The notes: generated by a model from the letters alone, not told the origin. DNA of 64,000 nt from an uncultured delta proteobacterium (GCA_963793865.1 CAWCBP010000011.1:64001-128000), one strand, 5' to 3'. Positions 49,920 to 60,702 are shown, numbered from the stretch's first letter. Translations and numbers: made by a program.

Positions 49920-50657
49920 ATGACAACAAACATCGAGCAGGTAAATATTGCCGATCTCATCGTGGAAAAGCTGAGAGAGGGGTTTGGCGATTTGAAAGCA
50001 GTGCCTTCCAAGATGCCGGCCATGGACCGCATGGGTGAGACCACCTGGTACGATCCGGGCGATGCCGCCCGGGCACCGTTCCAGTCCATGAGGGTGCAGG
50101 TTATCCGCGATGTGGAAATCAGGAACTTTTACGATCGGTCACAGCTCGACATGTCCAATTCCTTTATCATTACGGTTATGCCGGACCCGTCGGTTCCCCT
50201 TCCGCTCTACGCGGCTGATGTGGACGTGCACAAGGGTAAATATGTCCACATTATTACCGATCTCATTCCGCTCTCACAGGACATGGCATACCGGCGTAAG
50301 TATGAGACCCCGGTTGGAAAGCTGCGGGAGAAATATCGGGACCTGCCGGGGTTGATCAACCATATCACCGATGATGTGCACAAAATATATCCGGCATTGC
50401 GGGAGTTTGAAACCTTTAATTCGGCGGGCAGGATTTTCGGCAATGTGCCGGTCGACCAGGGCGCTCTCATTATAAGCCTGCTCACCGACTACGCGGGCCT
50501 CTTCAGCTCCTTCGTCAAGGAGAGCAGGGCATGCGAAGTGCTCAAGCGGGATGATGTCAGGAAGGAGGCCGAGGATACCCTGAGGCGCTTCATGATGATG
50601 ATGTCGCGGTTTGACTTCAGCGAGGACATGCCCAAGCAACCGAAGCGCACCGCGTAG
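49920..50657 (+). CDS. Hypothetical protein resembling the ferredoxin-dependent bilin reductase/RCCR fold
   Basis: TVMPDPSVPLPLYAADV...IITDLIPL parallels the PcyA VMFP...LPLFGCD...IADLSP segment. Confidence 0.55.
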   Translation: MTTNIEQVNIADLIVEKLREGFGDLKAVPSKMPAMDRMGETTWYDPGDAARAPFQSMRVQVIRDVEIRNFYDRSQLDMSNSFIITVMPDPSVPLPLYAADVDVHKGKYVHIITDLIPLSQDMAYRRKYETPVGKLREKYRDLPGLINHITDDVHKIYPALREFETFNSAGRIFGNVPVDQGALIISLLTDYAGLFSSFVKESRACEVLKRDDVRKEAEDTLRRFMMMMSRFDFSEDMPKQPKRTA

Positions 50658-50670
50658 AGCACGTCAGGCG

Positions 50671-51513
50671 ATGAAAAAAGCCGTTTCAAGGGAAAAGGGT
50701 GTAAAGCCGCCTGACCTGCGCTCATTTAAGAGGCTGATATACGATTACTACCGGAAGCACGGCCGCTCGCTGCCCTGGCGAGATACAAGGAATCCCTACC
50801 ATATTCTTGTTTCAGAGCTGATGCTGCAGCAGACCCAGGTTAACAGGGTTATCGAAAAGTACCGGGAGTTCACCGCCCGGTTTCCCGATGCCGCGGCACT
50901 GGCCAATGCCCCTCTCCGCTCAATCCTCAAGCTGTGGCAGGGCCTCGGTTATAACCGGCGGGCGCTGGCGCTGAAGCAGATTGCCCTGGCGGTGGTCTCG
51001 CAGCACAGGGGAAAGGTACCCGCCTCGTTTGATGACCTGCTCAAACTCCCCGGCGTGGGAAAAGCCACCGCTTCCGCGATTCTGGCCTTTGCCTTCAACC
51101 AGCCGGTTGTCTTTATCGAGACCAATATTCGCACCGTCTTCATCCATTTCTTCTTCCCCGGGCAGGACGAGGTCAGCGACGAAGAGATTATTCCCCTGGT
51201 GACAAAAACGCTGGACGCCGCTAACCCGCGTGAGTGGTACTATGCGCTCATGGACTACGGGACATTCCTGAAGAAATCCATTGTCAACCCGGGCAGGAAA
51301 AGCAGGCATTACCAAAAGCAATCACCTTTTGACGGTTCAAACAGGCAGGTGAGGGGAAGGATTCTGCGCTACCTTACCAGGGAGCACAAGAGCACGCAGG
51401 AAGTACTGGCACAGCAACTGGGACTGGCTCCGGGCCGGGTGCACAGCGCTCTGCTTGAACTGGTGAAAGAAGGCATGATTACCCGAAAAGGCACGATGCT
51501 GAAAATAGGGTAG
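50671..51513 (+). CDS. mutY: A/G-specific adenine glycosylase, short form
   Basis: LPWR, VSELMLQQTQV, WQGLGYNRR, LPGVG HhH; no Fe-S cysteines. Confidence 0.85.
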   Translation: MKKAVSREKGVKPPDLRSFKRLIYDYYRKHGRSLPWRDTRNPYHILVSELMLQQTQVNRVIEKYREFTARFPDAAALANAPLRSILKLWQGLGYNRRALALKQIALAVVSQHRGKVPASFDDLLKLPGVGKATASAILAFAFNQPVVFIETNIRTVFIHFFFPGQDEVSDEEIIPLVTKTLDAANPREWYYALMDYGTFLKKSIVNPGRKSRHYQKQSPFDGSNRQVRGRILRYLTREHKSTQEVLAQQLGLAPGRVHSALLELVKEGMITRKGTMLKIG

Positions 51514-51530
51514 GGTGCTTGTACCATCTC

Positions 51531-51558
51531 GTAGGGGCGACCGGCCGGTCGCCCTTAC
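51531..51558. repeat. GTAG-family REP palindrome
   Basis: GTAGGGGCGACCGGCCGGTCGCCCTTAC. Confidence 0.85.
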
Positions 51559-51618
51559 AAGTCAGACGTTATGTTCGTGTTAAAGGGGGATGAGAATAAT
51601 GGAGAGACTTCTGCGGGT

Positions 51619-52148
51619 TTATTGAACGATGCTGATTTTCAGCTCTTCAAAGATCGTTTTCTTAATGAGGTCGCTTTTTGCCATTCTCAGCACATCCTTC
51701 AATTCCGAGCTGGCGCTGCGGGCAATCTCGTTTATCAGGCCGTCCATGTCATCGAGCGTTTTTTGGGGAAGAGAGGCCTCTCCTTTTTGAAGGCGCGGGA
51801 AACAACCGGAAGAAGGTCAGACAGGATTTTCCGGGCGTGGGCCCTGATATCATTGTCCGTCAGGAGGATAAGGGTAATTTCGGGCGAGTGAATGTAATAA
51901 AGCCTGGTGTAGTTTATTCCCCGCTCATTTTCTGCCAACACCCTGTCCCTGAACCGGGCAAAAATTTCCTGCTCATGGTCACTGCCTTCCAGGAGGAGAG
52001 AAACCGGGCATGAACCGGGTTCTTCGCCGGAGGTCGCGGTGCCGACGGTTTCAGTTTGCTCTGAGGGCGCTGTTGACGGCATGTCTGAAGCCAGACAATG
52101 CCCCACACTGAAAGAGAGAATGATAAAAAACAATGCCGTTATTTTCAT
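51619..52148 (-). CDS. Secreted protein with CFI-box-CTERM-like domain; indel near 51775
   Basis: Signal peptide, Ser/Thr linker, CPVSLLL...RFRDRVL...G...LYYIHSPEI; shifted frame ends KISIVQ*. Confidence 0.6.
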
Positions 52149-52335
52149 TGAGCTGTGCGATGGAACCATTTCAAAACCCTTTTTAAAAAAATTGTTCACT
52201 CAAAAAGTATATATCGGTATTTTTTTGCTTATCTTAAACCAATCCTCTCAAGCAAGAAATTTTAAAATAGTAACGTATCAGTTGCGGAAACAATCTATAA
52301 CAATTCAAATTTATTAAAAATATTGAACAAACGTT

Positions 52336-52565
52336 TTACTTGTTGCGGTTAAAATCCTGAACAATCCTGACAATAGTTGCGGGATCATCAACCAGCCGGA
52401 ATATGGCAAGATCCGACTCGGAAATTTTTTTTGTTCCGGCCATGGTTTCCTTCATCCATGCGACCAGTCCCTTCCAAAAATCACTTCCGACCAGAATAAC
52501 CGGAAAACGGGAAGCCCGCCGGGTTTGAATGAGGGTAATGGATTCCATGAACTCGTCCACGGTGT
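52336..52565 (-). pseudogene. 3' remnant of a LOG (TIGR00730) gene
   Basis: TVDEFMESITLIQTRR...PVILVGSDFW...VDDP present; the N-terminal two thirds is absent. Confidence 0.7.
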
Positions 52566-52670
52566 CTATAGAAAACTGTTTCTTTTCATTCACAAAAGCT
52601 TTTGCCAATTGCTTCAGCTGATTATATAGTGCGGTTGGGTGGTTGAGGTTGTCCGGGAGAAGAGATATAT

Positions 52671-53375
52671 ATGGTTATGAAACCATTACAGCTGCATTCC
52701 TGGGATGTTACACCCGGCGAGGCTATAGCCATACAGGAAATGCTGCGTAAGCGGATTAGGCTGCGTGACACGTTCGCCGCAACTCATATCATCGCAGGTG
52801 CTGATATGTCTTTTGATGGCGATTGGGGCTATGGCGGGGTCATCACCTATACCTTTCCCCGCCTGGAGGAGATTGAGCGCCGCTCGGTGAGGATGAAGTT
52901 AAAATTTCCATATGTGCCGGGGCTGCTGGCATTCCGTGAGGCCCCCGTCCTGCTTGCGGCATTTGAACTGCTTTCAACAGAGCCCGACCTGCTTCTGTTT
53001 GATGGGCAGGGTATAGCACACGGCAGGAGGATGGGAATTGCGACGCACATGGGCATCTTGCTTAATAAGCCGACCATAGGGTGCGCCAAGTCGCGCCTGG
53101 TGGGGACGTTTGAAGAGCCGGGAGCGGACAGGGGCTGTTATGAGCCCCTGGTGCATGGGGGAGAAACCGTCGGTGCTGTCCTGCGCACCAGGAAACAGGT
53201 CAGGCCGATCTTTGTTTCGCCGGGTACGGGGATTTCGCTTAACACCTCTATCAACATTGTGATGCGATGCCTGGATGGCTACCGCATTCCCAAACCCACC
53301 CGCGAGGCGGATCACTACGTGGGAAGCATAAAAAGGAAGCCTCGTGCGCCTGCAGTAGATCAGCGCAAAAAATAG
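52671..53375 (+). CDS. nfi: Endonuclease V
   Basis: GAD, FPYVPGLLAFRE, DGQGIAH, TIGCAKS, RIPKPTREAD. Confidence 0.95.
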   Translation: MVMKPLQLHSWDVTPGEAIAIQEMLRKRIRLRDTFAATHIIAGADMSFDGDWGYGGVITYTFPRLEEIERRSVRMKLKFPYVPGLLAFREAPVLLAAFELLSTEPDLLLFDGQGIAHGRRMGIATHMGILLNKPTIGCAKSRLVGTFEEPGADRGCYEPLVHGGETVGAVLRTRKQVRPIFVSPGTGISLNTSINIVMRCLDGYRIPKPTREADHYVGSIKRKPRAPAVDQRKK

Positions 53376-53390
53376 CAGCGTGTAAAAAGC

Positions 53391-53420
53391 AATGGCGTGA
53401 ATGTAATAATTCACGCCATT
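53391..53420. terminator. Hairpin between convergent nfi and OmpA genes
   Basis: AATGGCGTGAAT-GTAATA-ATTCACGCCATT. Confidence 0.65.
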
Positions 53421-53456
53421 GTCAGGATGTGCTTAATTAATAACAGCGCACGGATA

Positions 53457-54155
53457 TCAGGATGCGCTTGGTGCCTGCTGCTGGGCGGGTGGAACGATGA
53501 CAATCTCCACTCTCCGGTTCAGCTGGCGGCCGCCTTCCGTATCGTTGCCCGCAACCGGTTTGGATTCGCCGAAACCAATGGTCTGGAGGCGGGTCTCAGA
53601 AACATTTTTTGCCAGCAGGGAATTCTTCACCGACGCGGCACGTTTTTCTGAGAGATCCTGGTTGAAGCTTTCACTTCCGGTGCTATCGGTATGCCCCTCT
53701 ATCCGGATGGAAGTTTCGGGATAGCGGTTCAGGATAGCTGCCACCCGGTCAATCTCATCATAGGAGCCGGCTTTTAAAGCCGAGGAACCGGTATCAAACC
53801 AGACATCTCCCTGGAAGGTCAGCACCAGGACTTCGACGTCACGTCGCCCGGCTTCATTGGTTGCATCTTCGAGGACCCTCTGCTCGCGTTTGATCGATGC
53901 TCCTTCTGCATCGCCAAGAGCCTGTTTGAATTCTTTTTCCTGTTTCTCAAACATATAGCCAATTACGCCTCCGGCAAGTGCACCCACAGCAGCTCCTATG
54001 CCGGCACCTTTACCCCCGCCTATGGCCGCGCCGACGCCGGCCCCGACAGCTGCCCCGGCCACTGTTCCGATTGCCGTCTTTTTGTGCTCCTTAATGGTCG
54101 AGCATCCTCCAGCAATAAGCGCAATTGAGATACACAAAACCACACATCTTTTCAT
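53457..54155 (-). CDS. OmpA-family lipoprotein with glycine zipper
   Basis: IAGGC lipobox-like, GAAVGAGVG, EGHTDSTG, LSEKRA, NRRVEI. Confidence 0.92.
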   Translation of the reverse strand: MKRCVVLCISIALIAGGCSTIKEHKKTAIGTVAGAAVGAGVGAAIGGGKGAGIGAAVGALAGGVIGYMFEKQEKEFKQALGDAEGASIKREQRVLEDATNEAGRRDVEVLVLTFQGDVWFDTGSSALKAGSYDEIDRVAAILNRYPETSIRIEGHTDSTGSESFNQDLSEKRAASVKNSLLAKNVSETRLQTIGFGESKPVAGNDTEGGRQLNRRVEIVIVPPAQQQAPSAS

Positions 54156-54259
54156 CGCCTTTCCTCCTTTCCGTTTATTACATACCGCAAAGTACATTCC
54201 TTTAATACAATCTATGCCAAAATAATTCATTAGTCAATCTGAATTTCAATGCCGCATAC

Positions 54260-56127
54260 TTATCTCCTCCCGAAACCCATTGCTTTGGGCTGCAAGTATG
54301 AGCGGTTCATGCTGCCTTTATTAGAAGGGGCAGGCCGCTCTGTCTTCAGCCTGGGCGTGCTTTCATGCCTTTGAACATTTAACGTTCGTGGTGCTTCCCG
54401 CTTTTGGAACGTAAACCCTGAAGCGCTTGACGGCCTTCGCTGATTAATGTCCGGGAGCACCTGCCTCCGCTCTCCTCCCGGTATTCCAACGCGCTGCTTC
54501 CGCTCCGGTGTCGCCCGCAATTGTGGTGCTGTCTGCGGAATCTTTGTTTCCGGTTTATAGCGTTGAATGGGCTTGAATATTGACGCAGTATTGCCCCGGA
54601 TTGTCTGCACGCCGGATGATTTTTTTGTCTGCGCCGGCAGTGTTTTAACAGGTTGTTTGAAAGCCTTGCTGCGACCGACCGGGGGCGCGGTTTTCCGAAT
54701 TGCTGTTGCCTTCCCGGTTGTAAAAGGATTGTCTGCCGCTTTCATCCGGGCAGTGGTCCTGAATGCTGCCGGCTGCGGTAATTTTTTCCCTTCGCGGGCA
54801 TCAAAGGCAAACCGCCGCTTCATGGTGGTGAAGTCGTTTATGACCCTGCTGTTTATGCCTGCTTCCCTCCGGAAATTGTCGATAAAGGCATCAGCCCGGT
54901 TCCGGATTCTCTCATTGCTGTAATTGGTAACGCTGTAGAAATTGCTTTTTTTGACAATGACAGCATGCTTTTTGTACCGGCAGTGTTTGATATCAAAATC
55001 CTTCGGGTGATGGCGGGGATCCTTGCCAACCACGCGTGATAGAGAACCCCAGGACCGGTTGCAGTAATATGGTTCACGGGGTGCCAGGGGAATCCAGCCG
55101 ACATAGTCGCCCCTGTGGATCCACGACACCCTGCCGGGATACCATGCCGGGGGGATGGCCGGGAAATAAACATCCCTGCGTCTTCGATGACAGTCCGGCG
55201 GCGCCCAGTACCATCGATTGCAGCTGTCTATGTATACCCAGTTTCCGTAGTGGTGGGTTACGTATCCAAAGGGTTCATAGGGAATCCAGCAGTGGTCGCC
55301 GTACCAGCTTGTCCATCTTCCCACCGTGAACGGCGACCAGTACGATGAAACGTGCAGCGGTCTCCAGAAGGAGCAATTTCTTCCTTCGTAATAAACTGTT
55401 TCCCAGATGCCGTTATTGCGCAGCGCATGGGATTCATAGCCGATCTCCTCGGGCAGGTAATTGTCCTCATCCCCCTGGTCCTGCAACCGCTCTTCCCACT
55501 GTCGGTCCATTTCCCGGTTCCATTCATCCCAGGCTTCATCCATCACCGCTTCTTCCTCGGTCAGGTTTTCAAAGCCCGCCAGGAGCGAAGCGTTGCCCGC
55601 GCTTACTTCATAATTCGAATTGTCATGGGGCCAGTTGAAGGTCACGGTTCCCTCAAGCGCCCGTATCCGGACTGTGTCAGTCTGCAGGCGTATGTCGCAC
55701 GCGGTCAGCGGCGGCGCCTGCACGATGCCGAAGGGGGTGGTTACATTTATGGCGGTATCAGTGCTTTTGTTGTAAAAGCGCGCCATTCCCGAGTCAATCT
55801 CCATTTCGGATCTATCCTGTTCCAGGGCGGTGATGTGAAGTCTGGTATTGCCCCCGGTCCTGACCCAGGTGTTATTGGGTATGATGAATTCAGCCTTTGA
55901 TCGTCTTCACAGAGCAGGAGATCTTCCGCTCCAACCGGCGAGTCCTTAACCATGGGCACCCACTCCTCGTCGTCATCAATGTAGCGCAGGAGATTGCCCT
56001 CAACATGGGTCAGATGCCCAACCACTGCCGTGCCCTGCTCCTCAAGTGCCTGGAGTGCGAAGGCGGAGGGAATGGCCGTGAGCACCGGAATCAATGCTGC
56101 AACGATGATGGTTCTTATTGTGTTCAT
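54260..56127 (-). CDS. Secreted FecR-like + DUF6600-like protein; indel near 55895
   Basis: Signal peptide in 55747..56127; WSPFTVGRW...WIPYEPFGYVTHHYGNW...WYPGRVSW...VGWIPLAPRE; basic low-complexity tail. Confidence 0.75.
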
Positions 56128-56533
56128 GGCTGTCTGTGACCTCGCGCGTTGTTATTGTGCCTGACACATAAATAAACACGGCCCGGGGTAAGGAAATTGC
56201 GCGCTTTTTAATGGATGAACATAAAAAGAGTAACCCGATTTCAGTTCAAATGCAAGGTCATGCCACTGCAGGCGCTAAGGGGATGATAAATAAGAAAAAT
56301 ATCAGAAAAGCGTTCAGGTACGGTCTTGCTTTTTAATACCTCCTGCTGCTGGTCAATAGATTCTTTCTATAGTAAAGCTGTTAAGTATTGAGATTATCAA
56401 ATTGACATGTGTGCAGGGTGTCTGTCATTCTACCTCACGGGTAATTGTACCTTAAGGAAGATCGCGAGTAACTGCAGGCTGATTCGGCCTGGAAATGGAA
56501 AAATCAGCGTTCAGCTTAAACAAGGGGTAGTAT

Positions 56534-57136
56534 ATGAAGAAAAAAGAAATTGATACGCGGGGGCTTGCCTGTCCCGAGCCGGTGGTTTTAACCAAAAAGG
56601 CGCTCGATGAAACGGGGGCAGGAGAAATCCTGGTCCTGGCAGACACGGAAAACGCCCGTGACAACATCGTCCGCTTTGCTCAGAGCCAGGGCTGTGAGGT
56701 GAACGTGGCTGAAGATCAGGGATATTACCGGATCAGCATCACAAAGAAAGCGGGCTCGAAGCCGGTTGCTGAGCCTTATGTTGACACGTGCCCTTCTTCC
56801 GGCAGGGAAATTGTGTATCTTTTTGACAGCGACCACGTGGGCAGCAATCGAGAGCTGGGAAAAGTGCTGTTAAACGGCTTTATGAATGCGGCGCTTTCGC
56901 TTCCCTATAAAAAGTGCGCAGTGATATTGATCAGCAAAGGGGTAAAGCTTGCCATCAGAGGTTCCTACGCGCTTGAGGTGCTGGGCAAGCTGCAAAAACA
57001 GGGGGTCAGCATTTTAATCTGCGGAACATGCCTTGACTTTTTCAAAATACGGGAGGCGGTGGAAATCGGGACCGTTTCAAATGCTCTGGAGATCATGGAG
57101 TGTATGACCGGCGCATCTAAAACCATAAAATTGTGA
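56534..57136 (+). CDS. YedF-like selenium/sulfur relay protein (TusA/SirA + DsrE domains)
   Basis: IDTRGLACPEPVV, ELGKVLL, ICGTCLDFF, GTVSN. Confidence 0.85.
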   Translation: MKKKEIDTRGLACPEPVVLTKKALDETGAGEILVLADTENARDNIVRFAQSQGCEVNVAEDQGYYRISITKKAGSKPVAEPYVDTCPSSGREIVYLFDSDHVGSNRELGKVLLNGFMNAALSLPYKKCAVILISKGVKLAIRGSYALEVLGKLQKQGVSILICGTCLDFFKIREAVEIGTVSNALEIMECMTGASKTIKL

Positions 57137-57235
57137 CTTGCCGGCGTTTATAAGGGTGAGGTTGATTTTCCTGATGATAATTCTGTTGGTGCGGGGTGTC
57201 ACCTGGGGTTTTGCTTTTAAGCTTATGCTCCGGCA

Positions 57236-58210
57236 CTACGCAACCAGCTTTAATCCGGATGCGAGCATGGCATTTTTGGTCATCTGCTTATCGAACGCGG
57301 AAAAACTGATTTTGGGCATGCGCAGTTCTCCCCCGGTCATTCCCACCAGGCCTTCCATGTATTTCCACTGCTGCAGGTTGTAGAGTCCGGTGAGCGGCAG
57401 CGTGGTGAGCACGGAGCGGATAAAAAATTTTCTCAGGGGGTCAATGGCCCAGTACAATTGCATGGCCTCATCCATTTTGCCTTCCTGCACCAGGTGGAAC
57501 AGGCGGATTTCCCGCGGGTCATCCGGCGTCTGGAACACCTGCCAGGGGGCGCACCCCGACCACTGCATGCCATATTTTCTGATGAAGGTGGGCCATGCGT
57601 CGTCAAAGGGGTAGCTGATGAGAATCTTGTCCCCGAAGAGCCGAAAGCACTCGTCGATCCATGCCCAGTCCAGGATGCCGATTTTCATTGAGACCACGTT
57701 CTCAATCTCAGCAATGCGGTTCAGGAGGGGTGCCGGGAAAATCCCGGGGAAGGGGAAGTCGTACTTGACGGAGGGGAACAATTCAATGGCCAGATTGGTT
57801 GCCCTGCAGATGGCACAGGTGTAATCGTAGATGTCTTCCGGCTTCCGGGGATGAAAGTTGGAAGGATAGCTCACCAGAAGGGAGTCGCATCCCACGGCTT
57901 CCGCGTAATGGGCCATCCCGATATTGTCCTGCAGAGAATAATAGCGAAGCTCCGTGGCTATGCCGATTTCGCCCCGGGCCTCGTCGACGCACCACTGGAT
58001 GAACAGCTTGTCTTCATCCAGCGTGGTCCCGGCGCTGGTCACCAGCGCGGTGGAGAAAAATCCGTGCTTGATCAGCTCTCTGATATCATGCCGTATCCCT
58101 GCTTCATCCAGCCCAAGCGTGTCCGGGGTAAAGGATGGAAGGATGGTGCTTTCCAGCCCCCGGTAAAAACCCCTTGCCCAGCTTTTCGCCTCCGCCTTTT
58201 TGTATTCCAT
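57236..58210 (-). CDS. Dihydrodipicolinate synthase/aldolase family protein
   Basis: PSFTPD..LDEAGIRHD, IAEIENVVSMK Schiff-base lysine, GGELRMP. Confidence 0.8.
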   Translation of the reverse strand: MEYKKAEAKSWARGFYRGLESTILPSFTPDTLGLDEAGIRHDIRELIKHGFFSTALVTSAGTTLDEDKLFIQWCVDEARGEIGIATELRYYSLQDNIGMAHYAEAVGCDSLLVSYPSNFHPRKPEDIYDYTCAICRATNLAIELFPSVKYDFPFPGIFPAPLLNRIAEIENVVSMKIGILDWAWIDECFRLFGDKILISYPFDDAWPTFIRKYGMQWSGCAPWQVFQTPDDPREIRLFHLVQEGKMDEAMQLYWAIDPLRKFFIRSVLTTLPLTGLYNLQQWKYMEGLVGMTGGELRMPKISFSAFDKQMTKNAMLASGLKLVA

Positions 58211-58270
58211 GGTTTCCTCCTGGTGTGGATGTGAAGACCGGCATCCGGGCACTGCAGGTAAGCGCGCGTC

Positions 58271-60370
58271 TTAGGTGAGGCCCAGTTTTTTCATCTTCCG
58301 GTAGAGAGAGGTTCTCCCGATTTTCAGATACTGCGCCGCCAGCGCCCTGTTGTCGCCCGCCTGCTGAAGCGCCTTGGAGATGATTTCTCTTTCAGCGGAT
58401 TCGCTGGTGCGGGAGAGGGTCTGCCTGAGACCTTCAGCCTTAAGCCGCCCCTCTTTTTTGTGCCGGGGGGATGCGGGGTTGATTACTTCAGGCGGCAGAT
58501 CAGTCGGCCTGATGATGTTGCCTTCGCAGAGAATGCATGCCCGCTCGATGATGTTTTCCAGCTCCCGGACATTACCCGGATATGAGTAGCCGAGGAGTAT
58601 TTTCATGGCCTCACGCGAAAGCGAGATGACTTCGGAGCCGGCCTTGCATTTGTTTAAGAAGAAATTGATCAGGGGGGGTATGTCCTCAACCCGCTCTCGC
58701 AGCGGAGGAATATTGATGGTCACCACATTGATGCGATAGTAGAGGTCCTCGCGAAACCGTTTTTTCCGGGTTTCCTCAAACAGGTCCTTATGGGTGGCGG
58801 TGATGATCCGGACATCTATTTTTACCGAGCGGTTATCCCCCACGCGCCTGATTTCATGGTCCTGGATTGTCCGCAGCAGCTTCACCTGCATATCAAGGGG
58901 GAGATCGCCGATTTCGTCCAGAAAGATGACGCCGCAATGAGCTTCTTCGAAAAGGCCGTTTTTGTCGCGGGATGCCCCGGTAAAAGCCCCCTTCACGTGC
59001 CCGAACAGCTCGCTCTCAAGCAGGTCATGGGGGATGGCGCCGCAGTTCAGTGCCACAAAGGGACCTTTGCTCCGGTAGCTTTGATGATAGAGGGCATGGG
59101 CGATAAGCTCCTTTCCCGTGCCGCTTTCGCCCTGGATGAGCACCGTGCAGTCGTTGTCGGCAACCTTGGCGATGAGCCTGAAAATGTTCTGCATTGCCAG
59201 GCTCTTGCCGACGATGGTGTCGGGTCCGTACTGCCCGGTGAGCTCCTTTTTAAGCAGGGTGATCTTTTCATCCTTCTCCATCAGCTCCTGCTCCAGGCGG
59301 GCTTTTTCGGACATGTCATGGATGTTGCGCACAAAACCGGTGATCTCGCCGGTGCCGTCCTTAAGCAGTGAGATATTCACCTCGGTGGGGATCAAAAAAC
59401 CGTCCTTGTTATTGAAATACTGCCTGAAGCCGTATACCTTTCCCGCCCCGAAAAGATTGTCGATCATTTCCGCCATGGTAACAAAGTACCCCTCGTCAAT
59501 GGTAACCGAACCTCCTATGGTGAGCGGATAGGTGCCGATATCCGGAGAAACGATGGTTACCGGCTGATTGAACAGCTCCTTCTCAGTGTAGCCCACCAGT
59601 TTTTTGAATGACTCATTGGAGGTCATAATCAGTCCCGCGGGGCTGGTGACCAGGATGGCATCGATGGCATTGCCCATCACATTGTTGATGTTCACCTCGG
59701 TCTGCAGCAGATCGGCCACCAGGTCGCGGCGCATCTCGGGCGTGAGCTCGATGGTGCTCTGCTGCAAGAGCCCCTGCTTTATATGATTCATGATCTCCTT
59801 CAGGGCGTACGAGCAGTCTACGAGCTGCTGGATGTTGAGAATAAGGTAGAGAAAGCCGATGGTTTCGCCGGCCCAGTTTACCAGGCTGAGCCGGTGCTGC
59901 AGTACGGAGATGACCTCTCCGTCGCTGGTTATGTAGGCATCTTCATGAATCCCATGGTAATGTTTTTGCTTTACCTCATAAATAAGGTAGGCGGCCCTGT
60001 TGCTCCGCTGGTCTTCAGCTTTTTTAGGCCGCTCAATCCAGAGCTTGCCCTTATACGCGCCGATGACTTCGTCTGGTGCGTAGCGGAGGGCGTCAAGCAG
60101 GTTTTGTGAGGCGTCGAGCATGATGTCCTGTGTGTCACAGACAATGCACCAGATTTCCGGGTGATCGATGACGGCGGACAATTCATCGGCGCTTTGCTCG
60201 CGGGAGAGCCGCAGAAAGGATGACAGTTGATCCGGCGTCCCGGCCGGGATGCCCCCGGGGTATATTTCTATCGCCCGTCGAATCAGGTCCTTCAAAAGAT
60301 CAAGACGGCCGGCCTCTTCGTTTTTCCACTCCCGGAGGCGGTCGAATTCCTTCTGATAGTCAGTGGCCAT
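58271..60370 (-). CDS. Sigma-54 enhancer-binding protein with PAS domains
   Basis: GESGTGKE, ESELFGHVKGAFTGA, FLDEIG, PGNVRELEN, Fis-type HTH. Confidence 0.95.
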   Translation of the reverse strand: MATDYQKEFDRLREWKNEEAGRLDLLKDLIRRAIEIYPGGIPAGTPDQLSSFLRLSREQSADELSAVIDHPEIWCIVCDTQDIMLDASQNLLDALRYAPDEVIGAYKGKLWIERPKKAEDQRSNRAAYLIYEVKQKHYHGIHEDAYITSDGEVISVLQHRLSLVNWAGETIGFLYLILNIQQLVDCSYALKEIMNHIKQGLLQQSTIELTPEMRRDLVADLLQTEVNINNVMGNAIDAILVTSPAGLIMTSNESFKKLVGYTEKELFNQPVTIVSPDIGTYPLTIGGSVTIDEGYFVTMAEMIDNLFGAGKVYGFRQYFNNKDGFLIPTEVNISLLKDGTGEITGFVRNIHDMSEKARLEQELMEKDEKITLLKKELTGQYGPDTIVGKSLAMQNIFRLIAKVADNDCTVLIQGESGTGKELIAHALYHQSYRSKGPFVALNCGAIPHDLLESELFGHVKGAFTGASRDKNGLFEEAHCGVIFLDEIGDLPLDMQVKLLRTIQDHEIRRVGDNRSVKIDVRIITATHKDLFEETRKKRFREDLYYRINVVTINIPPLRERVEDIPPLINFFLNKCKAGSEVISLSREAMKILLGYSYPGNVRELENIIERACILCEGNIIRPTDLPPEVINPASPRHKKEGRLKAEGLRQTLSRTSESAEREIISKALQQAGDNRALAAQYLKIGRTSLYRKMKKLGLT

Positions 60371-60702
60371 GACACCCGGTCTCGTGCTAAAAGTTGTCAG
60401 ATTAATCTTATATGCAGGATCAGAAGACTTTCAGGCATGGGATGCTTGATTATTGCACTCTATTAAGTTCTATTCTTACATAGCATATGCGCTGCGGGCA
60501 GGCAAGTAAAATGTTGCTTCCGTGGAACGTTTCTTTTGTGGTACACACAGAAATAAACCAATAATTATTAATTACTTAAATTGTTATAATTGTTTTTTCA
60601 AGGTGCAAAAATGGTACATAATTCCATGAGCATGTGGCAGCGCGCATATGCCCTATAATAAAATAGTTAATCAAAACAAATGCTTGCGATATTATTTTTG
60701 TG

